DNA of 64,000 bases from Calcarisporiella thermophila CBS 279.70. Lineage: Eukaryota > Fungi > Calcarisporiellomycota. The position numbers and the translations under genes were made by a program. Below the pieces are notes generated by a model. It saw only the letters and a program-made list of their open reading frames with translations, was not told the DNA's origin and did not search any database. The DNA lies in assembly GCF_041956535.1 (NCBI RefSeq), contig NW_027192199.1:310001-374000 (forward strand). Reading direction: 5' to 3'. Below, piece after piece: positions 12,215 to 26,274 of the stretch. Each line of letters starts with the position of its first letter. The first letter of the stretch is position 1.

Positions 12215-13426
12215 TTACGCGGAGTCTCGTTTGTGGTGACCCTTGCTCTTGACTTTCACTGAGTTGTCGAAGTCTCCGGTGGCCTTTGTGTTGGCATTGC
12301 GGTTCTCGACAGTTGAGCCTCCAGATTCAGCATTGGAGTTCAACAGGGAAAGGTGGTCAATGAGGTCCAAGTTGTTCAGTGCGCCATCAGCAATACCACG
12401 TCTGCATGGGCCACCATGGCGCTTGTGGTGGTGGTGTCCACCTTGGAAGATGGAGTTGTCGCAGTCACCAGTGGCGACCGTGTTTGCATTGCGGTTCTCC
12501 GCAACATTACCGCCCGAGTTGGCGTTGGAGTCCAGTAGAGAAATGTGGTCGAGGATGTCGGCATTGTTGAGCGAGCCATCGAGCAAACCACGTCTGCATG
12601 GGCCCTTATTCCACTTCTTCCAGTGGTGGTGGTGATGTCCGCCGCTCTGGAAGATGGAGTTGTCGCAGTCGCCCGTGGCCTTGGTGTTGGCATTGCGGTT
12701 CTCCGCAACATTACCGCCCGAGTTGGCGTTGGAGTCTAGGAGGGAGATATGGTCAGCGACGTCGGCATTGTTGAGGGTACCATCGAGCAGGCCACGCTTG
12801 TAGTGGTGGTGGTGGCCCTTGTCCTTAACTTTGACCGAATTGTCGAAGTCACCCGAAGCCTTGGTGTTGGCATTGCGGTTCTCGACGGTCGAGCCACCAG
12901 AGTTGGCATTGGAGTTCAGGAGGGACAGGTGGTCAATGATGTCGGCATTGTTGAGGGAGCCATCCAACAAGCCACGCTTGTGGTGGCCCTTGTCCTTAAC
13001 TTTGACCGAGTTGTCGAAGTCACCCGAAGCCTTGGTGTTGGCATTACGGTTCTCGACAGTTGAGCCTCCAGAATTAGCATTGGAGTTCAACAGTGAAAGG
13101 TGGTCAATGAGGTCCAAGTTGTTCAGTGCGCCATCAGCAATACCACGCCTGCATGGGCCGCCGCCATTGCGTTTCCAGTGGTGGTGGTGATGACGTCCAT
13201 CGGACTGGAAAATGGAGTTGTCGCAGTCACCAGTGGCCTTGGTGTTGGCATTGCGATTCTCTGCAACGTTGCCGCCCGAATTCACGTTCGAGTTCAGGGC
13301 GCTGACGTGGTCGATAATGTCAGCATTATTAAGGGAACCGTCCAATAGACCACGTTTTATAGGGGTTGCCTGAACAAAGCTGACAAATGCGAGGGCAACG
13401 GCCAAGCTGATCAAAGTTGTCTTCAT
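12215..13426 (-). CDS. Secreted Kex2-processed tandem-repeat precursor (KEP) with six roughly 55-60 aa N/S/G-rich His-tailed peptides
   Basis: Intronless 403-aa ORF. Signal peptide, TPIKR, then six repeats G(LL/IA)DG(S/A/T)LNN..DH.S.LxSNxxSGG..ENRNANTxA(T/S)GD(C/F)DNS..H(2-5), each bounded by KR/RR/KK. Confidence 0.92.
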   Translation of the reverse strand: MKTTLISLAVALAFVSFVQATPIKRGLLDGSLNNADIIDHVSALNSNVNSGGNVAENRNANTKATGDCDNSIFQSDGRHHHHHWKRNGGGPCRRGIADGALNNLDLIDHLSLLNSNANSGGSTVENRNANTKASGDFDNSVKVKDKGHHKRGLLDGSLNNADIIDHLSLLNSNANSGGSTVENRNANTKASGDFDNSVKVKDKGHHHHYKRGLLDGTLNNADVADHISLLDSNANSGGNVAENRNANTKATGDCDNSIFQSGGHHHHHWKKWNKGPCRRGLLDGSLNNADILDHISLLDSNANSGGNVAENRNANTVATGDCDNSIFQGGHHHHKRHGGPCRRGIADGALNNLDLIDHLSLLNSNAESGGSTVENRNANTKATGDFDNSVKVKSKGHHKRDSA

Positions 13427-15828
13427 GGTTGAATAGGTGTTCAGTAGATAAGGTAGTATGGTATAATATATAAAAGATGTGTACAGTTATATGGCAATTA
13501 GATGGGAGAGCTCGAAAAGAGTGCAAGCGACTTTCTGTGAATACGCTTTTTTATAAAAGAGAGATTGTTGGATGATGTGAAAAATGTTGCAGGGTCTGCG
13601 TTTTTTATATTCAAGAATCGGTCCATTACGGGATATTTTAATATTCATTAATCCGGCGTATTTTTAATTACTCTCTTTGTTGTCAGGCTATTTTTCTCCT
13701 AGAAAAATAGCCACCGATTTGGTTCTCTCCCCCCTGCCCTTCTGGAAGTAGAAAAATGGCCGCGCCAAATATGACCGTTATTTTTTTCATTGAACGTTGC
13801 TCGGTTGACATCGAAACATATGTTAAATGGGATCTAGAGCAGGGGGAGCGCAAATTTTAAGTATTCCCAAATATGGATCACTATGGAGAAAGGGATCGAC
13901 GTTTACCATATTCAAGGAAATGGATAGACGCTGGAAAAAAAAAACTCGGTTATAAAAATCTTGATAGAGATATTCGTTGTTGTCATGATGAGCCCAAACT
14001 GTCTGTCTCGGAGATATTAAAAAAGGTGAAGAGGGTTATCGTGGAAGTTAGGGGAGATATACTATCATTTGAGCTGCTTGTCTTTTTTCACTTCTATCGA
14101 TCGTATTTTTTTATTTACATGGGTTTAGAGGTAAATACTTTATTGTTCCGATACACTCTGTGGCACAACTCCTGCCAGAGATCGGTGTCAAATCTTTTGC
14201 CTATCCAGAGTTATTTCAAGTGCGAAGACATTCGGTTTGAATTTCCTATGTATTTAAACCGACAATGGTATAATCGATAGCTAGGGCATAGTTAACCACA
14301 ACCGACCCACTGTATATTAGAGTTATAGATCCCAAACCTGATTAGACTAAAGAAATACGAAAACATTGAGGCCCATTGCAAACTTTAACTGAATTTTCAA
14401 ACAAACTTTAACACAATAGTCGATCTTATTTCATTGGTTACTTGATTAAAATGGTGAAGAGATAATATTGGAAAAGTACAGCCTCATGTGTGGAAGAGCT
14501 GGGCATTTGGAAACATGCGTTGTAAGAGTGTGGAGAAGATATGTCGTAATTTAGAATGTCATCGAAGCCATGCTCAGTAGCAGTAGTTGCCAAGAGCAGC
14601 TAGAAGTTAATAGTAGAAACAGTATGTCTGATGGAATTGAAACATACAAAGTTACGCGCAAGGGAGAGTTTGGAATGGCCTAGCTGCTGATGAGAGTAGA
14701 ATGGTGGAAGTCAAGATAAGCCAGCACCAGGAGGTTGAAATGCCATGAAAAAATATTCTATTCCGTGCGGAATGGTATCAATGGACTTCATATGGTTAAA
14801 AACTTGCAAAGAAATTGTTATGAAAAACTTCTTATGCTATATTGTTCTCTATTGGGTGCGCTATGTGGTTGTTATTTCTTTTTGCACTATATGTGATGTC
14901 AAAATAGAGATGCGGATCAAGGTATTTATTGCCTTGTCATTTATTTCTCACTAAACCAAAAGTTATCTTTTGGGCATGTTATCCGAGATAAGAAAAAGAT
15001 AGAAAAAACTTGGACTCCAGTGATTTATTGCGACGTGTGGAATCGAATATACATATAAGTGGTGATTCAGAGGCTGATGGCAAAACTGAGCGTTTGGGAT
15101 ATGATTTTCGGAAATTTTGGATATTAGCCTTTGTTATCGTGGCGATATTCATTCCATGACATACAAAGAGTCATCAATTATGATGCCCAGATATTTCTTG
15201 GGGATACACAATCACAGCCTACGACCAATACGGAGTTGTGCATGAAATCATAAGTTAATGGATCAATTAAATCGAGCACCATATTTCAAGCCTTGTCACT
15301 AAAATCACTAGTATTCAGAATGGTGATAAGTGCATATCTCTGCTACACTACATATTTCCGCAAAAGCACCTTAGATCATATCAAAAATGAGTAGGTCGAT
15401 TTTTACTTATTATAGTTGAAATATTGAAATATTTCAATTAGTTCGCCCACTAAGAGATGGATTAGCGCTTTATGTCGATATGAGCTAAGAATAATTTACT
15501 TAGTTAAATACAATCCAGGAGCATTAGTCAACTTTTCAATATGGTTCTTATATTGGCCAGCACAACTAACTCGAGGCCAGGGCTATCTGGTTGAGTTTTA
15601 ATGACTAATCATAGAAACCATTAGAAAATCTAGGAAAAAAAAATTGCTCAATATAGCTACTTGGAGTAAATAGGATAGCGCAAAGCAAAGTGAGAAGCAT
15701 AAATTATAACACCAGTAGAATGTTCAATTATGAATATTTGGCTCATTGAGCCAGATTTTCATGTTTCATGCCACTCATCTAAAGCTTTGTAAGGATCGTT
15801 CATCAAATTTCAACCCAATCATTTGCTC

Positions 15829-18179
<2,351 letters not shown>

Positions 18180-18628
18180 ACCCTCCTAGCCTGTGAAGCA
18201 ATTATGTTTTTATATTCACACACTCCTGTAACACTTATGGAAAATACTTTTTAAGCATATGAAATTGTATTGTCAACCTCTGAATGATAATGAAAATAAA
18301 CTCCAGACATGTAATGTTTTGCTTCACCCACGTTTCTTTCCATAAGCATATACGTTCAAACATCTGATCTTTCGGTTCCATTCTATTTTCGAGATTCTAA
18401 CATATATAATTAAAAGATGGTATTGTACCGGTTCAGCATAGAGAAAATTCAAAAGCGTGCGTTCAAAAGAGAAAAATAAAAGCTGGAGGTGATTCTGTGA
18501 GGATGGGAGGAAGGAAAAAAATAATAAATGAGCTGCATCGTGGTTGAATATTATAAGTGAATACGGAGGTTGCGAAAAAAAAAATACTCTATACATGATA
18601 TTAAATAAGCACACAAGTAGTATATGGT

Positions 18629-20277
18629 TCAAGAGACCGAGGTAGCTAATGAAGTCGGTGTGGAGGAGGATGGCTCGACAGCAGATTCGATCACTGAATG
18701 CGGATACTCATTGGTGATTGAAGGTGCATTAGGGGGCAATAAGAAGACGCCCCGGTCTTCTTCTTCGCGAGGCTGCATGTCTATTGCCTCTTTCAGACCA
18801 GGTGTCTTACATTTTTCAATAGTGGGGACCTCCGGTAATATTGATGGGCTACGGACAGGGCTGGCAATCTGCTGTGGTAAACTTGCCGGCTCTTTTCCTT
18901 TAAATAGTCTCTTTTTCCCTAGTTTTGAGCCTCTTCCCTCTCCATTTTGCGGTGCGGGGGGTTGAACCGCAGAGGCGGAGCTGATCTCCGAAGGAGTCCT
19001 TGTGGGTTCGATATTTGGCGAGCGTGACCTACGAAAGAACATAGTACGTTTAGAAAGCGACTTGGTTGGAGGTTTTTCTGGCGATGTCGCTGTGATAGGA
19101 AGAAGGTCATTAGATGGATCTTCGATGCTTTTTTCCTGCTTGTCTCCAGAGCGGAAAAGATTGCCAGCCCACTCTTTAGTCCAGCGAATGCGCTGCCTGA
19201 TTGCCCTAATAAAAAAAAACAGAGGAAGAGTCGCCAAGTAAATATGCTGGTTTGATAGTTGCACATCCTAAAGGAATGCCTACCTCTTTGCCATATTGAC
19301 ATTGACTTTGCCTGAGTTTTTCATCAACCACAGCAATCCACAATTGGATGCAAGAAGCAAGATAATATAAAGATCGAAGGAAGAATAGCGCAGCACAAGA
19401 CAGTAGATGGTAAGAAAGAGGAGCATGCGACGACTACAATCACGAGAAATAGGCAGCATACTTGTTAATGAGATGGTATTGATGGCACCTTGAGGGAGCG
19501 ATATACTCACCGATTGCGTACAAATGTGATTTGTTTTAATTCTGCGAAAGTACGTTTCTGTTGAGGAGGAAGATCGGGGTATGTTAAGAGCGCAATAAAC
19601 TGCCAGGCCATTTCCAATAGGCCTCCGGATCCTCCCCCCTGCCCATTTCCCCCCTCCTTCCCGACTCTTCGTCGTTTCTTGCCTCCCCCGTTAACTGCAC
19701 CTGCGACTTCATCGTCAGCATAGGGTATCTGCGGTCCATTCAACCAGTACAATAGAACATCCAGTCCTGGGTATTCGCTCAAGGCCGATTTTTGGCCAGA
19801 ATTTCTGGGGGCTATCGATTCGGGAAGAGGATCCCATTCATAATTCTCATTGTCAAATCCGTTGGGAGATGTCTCTACAAGAACAAGGTCATCTTCGTCA
19901 CCCGTGCTATTTCGACGATTAGGCTTTTCTTTGGCGTCCCCTTTCACTTCATCCTCCAGGCTGCTCTCCCAGTTCTCAACTGCGCCCGCATTCGCACATT
20001 CCTCTTCCTCCTCTTCCTGCTCCTCCTCTTCGGCATGCTCGCTAAAATTTTGATAAATTCCCATGATGGCATGATCTGCACTTGCCGATCTTCCGTGTTT
20101 TCTCGGATCGGTTTCCGCATTGGAAACATGCTCAATAACAGAATGATCATTCTTTTGTTGTAGTTTTCGAGTTGAGAGCCAACGTGAGATGCGAGATTTA
20201 GGGTTTTTAGGGTTGGAAGAGGGGGAGAGAGGGCGAAGTGATGGGGAAAGGGGTTTACGCGGCGTAGGGATCACCAT
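18629..20277 (-). CDS. Hypothetical membrane protein with disordered termini and a central hydrophobic block, 3 exons
   Basis: Long ORFs joined by GT-AG introns; central MLLFLTIYCLVLRYSSFDLYIILLLASNCGLLWLMKNSGKVNVNMAKR-AIRQRIRWTKEWAG. Confidence 0.65.
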
Positions 20278-20855
20278 AGATAAAAAAATATATCGGGGAG
20301 ACTATCGAGAGAAGTGTGGGGGTGGGAGGCTATGTGTGGTGAAAGGAACAGGAAGTTGTGAAATACATATATCGATTATTATTATTTAATGGTTTTGATG
20401 GATGCAATCGAAAGAAAAAGGAGGTTGAAAGAGGTTGACAGAACACATGGATGAAATTCCGAACCTTGGAATAAAATGGCTTATATGAATCATCTTAGGT
20501 AAACGATTGGTTACATGATTTCATGGAAGGATCGCTGTGTTTGAATGTGGAAAATCCTCTTTAAAAATAGATGTGTGGATTAGAACAATAGTCGTGTAAA
20601 AAATTGTATGAGGGAAAAGACACATCATAAATCATACAAAACCACTAAAACACTTTCTGGTTTTCATAGGGAAAAAACGGGCAAGAAAACGGATGAAATA
20701 GAGAAAAGTTAAAAAGAATAGAGAAAATATATATACTTGGAAAAGAGTTGTAGAAAAAAAGGCTATAAATCAGCCCGAGCAAAAGGAAAAACACGCACGA
20801 ACACACACAAAAAAACATAGCAAAATAAATGGAGTGTTATATCAGTAAATAGTAT

Positions 20856-22358
20856 CTATTGTGCTGTGGAAATAGGAGGTAAAATGGCCCCATTTACTCT
20901 TTCTCTATCATTTTCAGCTATCATTGTATTTAGTTGACTCTCTCCATTGTCTAGGGATTTCATTTTCTGCACCCCAACCCATTTCTCCAAAACTCTCGCA
21001 GCAATTTCTCCCCCATTATCCGGCACCGGATCCTTTTTTTTCAACTCTGCAGCCTGAAGAATATACTTCCCCCATTCGCCGGACTCGAACTGTTCTCGCG
21101 GCATTTCCACAGGCAAACCATGATTACGCATCAAAACCAGCAGCCCTTCTTCTTCCTTGAATTGTGGCCTTGGCACATACACTAGCGGCTTGCAATGAGC
21201 AATTGCCTCAGAGCAGCTACCGTATCCGAGTTTTCCAAGCAGAACGTCGGCGGCGTTGATCAAATCAGGGATGTAGGCGTCCTTGGGAGCTCGGAAAAAG
21301 CGGCTGGGAAGACTGGCGGACGGAGGATCGCCACAGAAAACACATATCCAACCATCCGGAAGGGGATTGTCGCCCCACGCGTCTTTCGAAAGTACCTGGC
21401 CACCAAATTGCAGTAAAAGAATCTTGTGGGTGGTGTAGATTTTAGGAGGGATGCCGATGGCAAACCAGACTTCATCACGGGGAGATTGTCCCTTGCGTAC
21501 CACAAGCGGCACATCTATGATACACTTCTTTCTCGTAATGTGTTCTGCCTCATTGTTGGAAAGATAGTCGTCAGAGGAGATGGAGGGTGCATTTTCGAAC
21601 GCAGGAATGTTGATATAGCCTGGTAGGCGGACAAGCAGTGCGGAGTGAGAATAATCAGAAATCATTTGATCGACAAGGTTATTGATGCGCATATTAAGCG
21701 AAGAATTCCCCTCACGCAACTTCCAGTAAATCTCATCAAAGGTGAAGTTTGTCACAAGAGCCGAGGGTATACCGGCTTTCGCCGCAGCAGCACTAAGTTA
21801 TAGAAGACAACAAACAATTCCAAAAGTTAGAATTGCACAAGGCCAAGACACAATTTGTTTTTGAAGTCAAAAGACCCAACACCAGAATCAACTCCAATGT
21901 CAGCATTTATCTCTTTTACTTACCAGGGCACAAAAGGCGCATCACACAGCACTATATCGCATCTCACCGACTTGAGCCACGACGCCTCCTCCCTTAAAAT
22001 TTCAGCCCGTTTTTTCATAAAGGATTCCACGCCAGCTATTGTATTCGGGCCATCAATAACATATGGAAGTGTCTGAATTACTCCGGAGTCGATAAGCGCA
22101 TGGCGATACTGTGCCCCGAGGCAGATGACTCGCTGAAATATGAAATCGCTTGCATCACTAATGATGTAGACTGTGTGGCCAGCGGGATGACGCAGGAGCT
22201 CCGTAGCGATTTGGTTCACACGGGTAGCGTGGCCCCAACCTAGTATGAATATTACTTAGCTGATGGACCATCTTCCCGCGAGGCTTGACCTCTAATGTTG
22301 GAAAATTACATACCGTGACCAGAGACATAGTAGCAAAAGATAAAGGCCTGCTGACCAT
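20856..22358 (-). CDS. Stand-alone GT-B glycosyltransferase-like protein resembling the N-terminal domain of plant L-arabinokinase
   Basis: FCYYVS/GHGWGHATRV, CDAPFVP, LVTNFTFDEIY, LLLQFGGQ, YIPDLINAADVLLGKLGYGSCSE and LVYVPRPQFKEE. Confidence 0.75.
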
Positions 22359-22634
22359 GCCGAAAACGGCTCATTAGGCTTAAATTAGTGTACGAATTGG
22401 ACTAGTGTAAGTAAAATATGTATCTCGCTAACTTTTTTGCGACGTTTATAAAAATTATAAGTAGCTGATGTTGCTTTCTCGTTTTACTTCTTGCAGATAA
22501 GCACTTGGACATTGGGAGCAAAAGGTCATATGCACTGCGCCACAATAAATGGACTTGGTCTAAACCCAAAAAAATGTCTTGCTTGAGAAAAAAAATTTGT
22601 ATAATTTATGTTTTATTTCTATAGCGAAAAATCT

Positions 22635-23539
22635 CTATGTATTCTTCTCAGCAGCTACCGTCACCTTCTCCTTTACACCCTCCACCTTCTCGCCAACTTG
22701 GACTCTTTTTTTTGTTGCCTGCTGTTCAAACCTCCGCAGCCCATCCTCGATTTCTCCGCGCACATACTCGATTTCTTTTCCGATCCACTGCCACGCCTCT
22801 TTTGCATCTAGCTTCGATTGCTCTACTGTGTTGGATACTTTCTTGTGCATATCGCTGAGCGGGGGCCAACGTTGTTCTACGCGTTCGAACTCCCTGAAAA
22901 TGTTATTCGTAGTGCGAGGAAGGAGATAAGAGGAGGCTAATGTGGCGAAGAGGATGGGAGAGGCGGCTCTGATAATGATATTGCCTTACCAGAATAAAAG
23001 ACTTGAGTACCAAAAGCAAAAATGACGGTCATATAAAATAGAAGCATTCTTACGATTTCTTGAAGCTACCACACCAGCCAATGCTGCTACTCCTACCCAA
23101 ATTCCATTCGGCAACAGATTATCCTCCTTAGAAATGATTTCTTTCATCTTGCCAATTAATTCATTCTCGGCAGCCACCACCTTCTCTTTAGTTTCAAGAG
23201 ATTTAGCATGGATTTGATTAAGCGTATTTAAGGTAGTCAGACGAGCTTTCTGCACGGCCCCCTGTAATCCAAGTGGCTCTTCCTGAATGAGTGGTGATGG
23301 CTCAGGGTTTTCGTATACAGACTGTAGCATTATACATGTGCTATTAGAAGTTGTTTAGGTAATACAATCGGCTGAAATCGAGGTTCCTACCTTTCTCTCT
23401 TTGCCCTCAGTGTGAACACTTGAGTTTACGCCCAGCAGCATGGATGCAGCCGCTGCCGAGGAGATAGCTGAAAACTAAATAATAAAATATTGATATATAA
23501 ATATATATGTATAACGACGGATGTTGTTATAAATACCAT
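22635..23539 (-). CDS. MICOS subunit Mic26/Mic27 (apolipoprotein O family), multi-exon
   Basis: SVYENPEP, LLPNGIWVGVAALAGVVASRNR, then a second hydrophobic segment and LPRT. Confidence 0.8.
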
Positions 23540-23705
23540 TCTTGCCCCGGACATGATCTCTTCTTTTTCGATCGGGTCCATCTGTTGCCTGCTCGAAATT
23601 TAGCGAATATGTGGCTTAGCTCGAGGATGAGTGGATAATGAATGGAAATTATATATATTACTTTACTTTGTCATCCATCAACCCCATTCCTCCTTACTGA
23701 CAAAG

Positions 23706-24641
23706 ATGAGAATTAGATTGTTCCTACCCCTGCTCATTCTTTCCATTGTTCCTCTTGTGATAGCATCAATTGGTGACTCTTCTCCCGACTATCAGAATTG
23801 CGTGGCCTATTGCCGTCACAATACATGTGGTTCCAATCCTCCCCTTCCACTTTCTCTGCGTTTGACCGGCTGGACATGCGCAAGTAACTGTGGATATAAC
23901 TGCATGCGTACTATCACACAGGAGGCGATGGAGCGAGGGGATCCAATTGTCCAATACCATGGTAAATGGCCCTTTGTCCGTGTTCTGGGTGTCCAAGAGC
24001 CCGCGAGCGTAATATTCAGTTTACTGAATGGCTGGGTGCACTATAAGCACTGGAAAGTCCTGAGTAGATTGCCGGATTCACTACCAATCAAGAAATTTTT
24101 ACTGGGAAATGTGATTGTGGGATTGAACACTTGGTTATGGAGTTCAGTGTTCCACACAAGAGACACGTCCCTTACAGAGAAGCTGGATTACTTCTCCGCA
24201 GGCTTTGGGATTCTGTATGGCCTCTATCTTGCCCTCTTACGCGTTTTTGGGGTGAATCGCCTGGTGTTGTTTGGTGGAGGCTTTGTACTCTTGTCTATGT
24301 TTATTGCACATGTTAGCTATCTCTCCTTTTGGCGTTTTGACTACTCCTATAACATGGCTGCTTCAGTCGCAGTGGGCGTGGTGCACAATTTCGTGTGGTC
24401 AATATGGGCTACATGGGCAATTTCCCATGGCCGGAAGTACGCCTGGCGCTCAATCCTCTGCTTCTTACTAATCACAGTGGCCATGTCTTTGGAGCTCTTG
24501 GATTTCCCTCCTATTTGGGAAGTCTTCGACGCTCATTCTTTATGGCATGCGGCAACCATTTTCATCACCCCAATCTGGTATCGCTTCTTGCTGCTCGATG
24601 CTAAATATGAAGCAAGCTTAAAGGGGAAAATGAAGCAATAG
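23706..24641 (+). CDS. PER1: GPI remodelling protein Per1/PGAP3, intronless
   Basis: SIGDSSPDYQNC, WTCASNCGYNCM, QYHGKWPFVRVLGVQEPASVIFS, VFHTRD, TEKLDYF and LELLDFPPIWEVFDAHSLWHAAT. Confidence 0.96.
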   Translation: MRIRLFLPLLILSIVPLVIASIGDSSPDYQNCVAYCRHNTCGSNPPLPLSLRLTGWTCASNCGYNCMRTITQEAMERGDPIVQYHGKWPFVRVLGVQEPASVIFSLLNGWVHYKHWKVLSRLPDSLPIKKFLLGNVIVGLNTWLWSSVFHTRDTSLTEKLDYFSAGFGILYGLYLALLRVFGVNRLVLFGGGFVLLSMFIAHVSYLSFWRFDYSYNMAASVAVGVVHNFVWSIWATWAISHGRKYAWRSILCFLLITVAMSLELLDFPPIWEVFDAHSLWHAATIFITPIWYRFLLLDAKYEASLKGKMKQ

Positions 24642-24788
24642 CTGGCATTTTTCATTATGTTGTTCATACAATAATAATGTTCACTATTACCATTGTTTTG
24701 TTTTCTACTCGTAGAGCTCTCACGGTTTTTACTTTGAGGCATTTTCATAATGTTACAATAAAAAAATAAAATAAAATATTTAAACATT

Positions 24789-25872
24789 TCAGAGTCTATT
24801 GCCCATGGCGATTCTCACCACCGCTTTCCCGTACACTTCTCTGTTCATAATTGCCAATAGTCCCTCCTTTACTCCTTCGAGACCTTTATACACTTTGTAA
24901 ATAACCGGTCTTTTCAGCCGTCCGCTCTCGAATGCACCCAATATATCCGCCAGCATCCTTTCCGCTTTATCAGGGTTTCTTGCACTGAAATTGCCAAAGA
25001 ACACACCAACCACGGATGCGCTTTTAACCAAGCACAAATTCGCCGGGATACTTTCAATCTTGCCGCCAGCAAACCCGATCACAAGGAGTCGCGAATGAGG
25101 CGCAACGCACTTGAGTGAGGGAAGCAAAAGGCCAACAGGATCATAGACTATATCCACCCCTCTACCACCTGTTAATTGTTTGACTTTATCATGCCACCCC
25201 TTTTCATATCCAATGACATGATCGGCTCCTTGTTCGAGGCAGACTTTGCGTTTAGCTTCGGTGGAAGCCATGGCTATGACTTTAGCATTGTGGGCCTTGG
25301 CGATTTGCACAGCAGTGAGACCAACACCACCAGCTGCACCGTGTACCAGCACAACTTCTCCTAAATAAATACATATGAACGCGTCTGATTAAAACGCGGA
25401 TAGAAGGAAAAGTAGAATAATAAACGGTTTTACCAGGTTGTATACTGCCTCGATTTACAAGTCCGTACCACGAAGTCATATAATTCATGAACACCCCAGC
25501 GGCTTCCTCGAAGCTTAAACCGGGCGGTATACGCAATACTTCCTTCATGTTACATACAATTTTTTCGCAATGGGTTCCAGCCGCGCTTCCAAAAACCCGA
25601 TCCCCAACCTTCACCCTCCCATACTTTCCTGGATTTTGGCCATCGTTGACCTTGAGCACTATGCCCGCAAACTCGGTTCCAAGGAGAAAAGGGAATTTCG
25701 GCTTCGTTTGGTATTTGCCCTGAATCATAAGAACTTCATAGAAATTTAATCCTACCGCAACAACCTGGACGAGAACTTGGCCAGGCTTTAAGGCATCGGG
25801 TTCTGGGGCATTTTCAGTGATAACGAGTTCTTCAGGGCTTTTAAGGTAACGATCAACTAAAATAGCACGCAT
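24789..25872 (-). CDS. NADPH:quinone oxidoreductase-like MDR family protein, 2 exons
   Basis: VGLNFYEVLMIQGKYQ, PFLLGTEFAG, VLVHGAAGGVG, GGRGVDIVYDPVG and GKAVV; ends in NRL, a possible PTS1 variant. Confidence 0.92.
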
Positions 25873-26274
25873 TTTCACGAGATTTGTCTCGATGGACCTT
25901 TGTGCCGAAAACCGTTTTTATCAAAACGGCTTTGGCTTTTTAACAATTTTTATATGGACATGTGAACAAAGAAAGCCGAATCGGATAATCCAATAGCTTG
26001 CCCTCAACAAACTTGGATCAAAAAAAAAAAAAATAAACACAATTTTGACTTGACTCATGCTTTCGCGTTTTTTTAAAACGAAAACTGTCTTTTTTGGCAT
26101 CTATATAAACACAATTTGTGTTCATAACATAGTTCACTTTTGAAAGTGCAAAGACGATGAGCAAAGACATAAAGAAGGCTAAGGGGTAAATTGAGCAATT
26201 TTAACATATAATTGAACGAATACTGAATAGCATATTTTGATACATCTCGATATTGAATAGAGGTGCAAAGCAAG

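Noticed and set aside
12243-13348. Multiple + strand and alternative-frame ORFs over the repeat gene
   Set aside because: Shadow ORFs caused by codon bias and repetition.
234-13426. Methyltransferase, peptidase and repeat precursor as a RiPP (dikaritin-type) cluster
   Set aside because: No DUF3328/UstYa oxidase or transporter is present, housekeeping genes intervene, and the units are far longer than dikaritin cores.
13873-14280. 135-aa ORF in the AT-rich spacer
   Set aside because: No motifs and non-coding-like composition.
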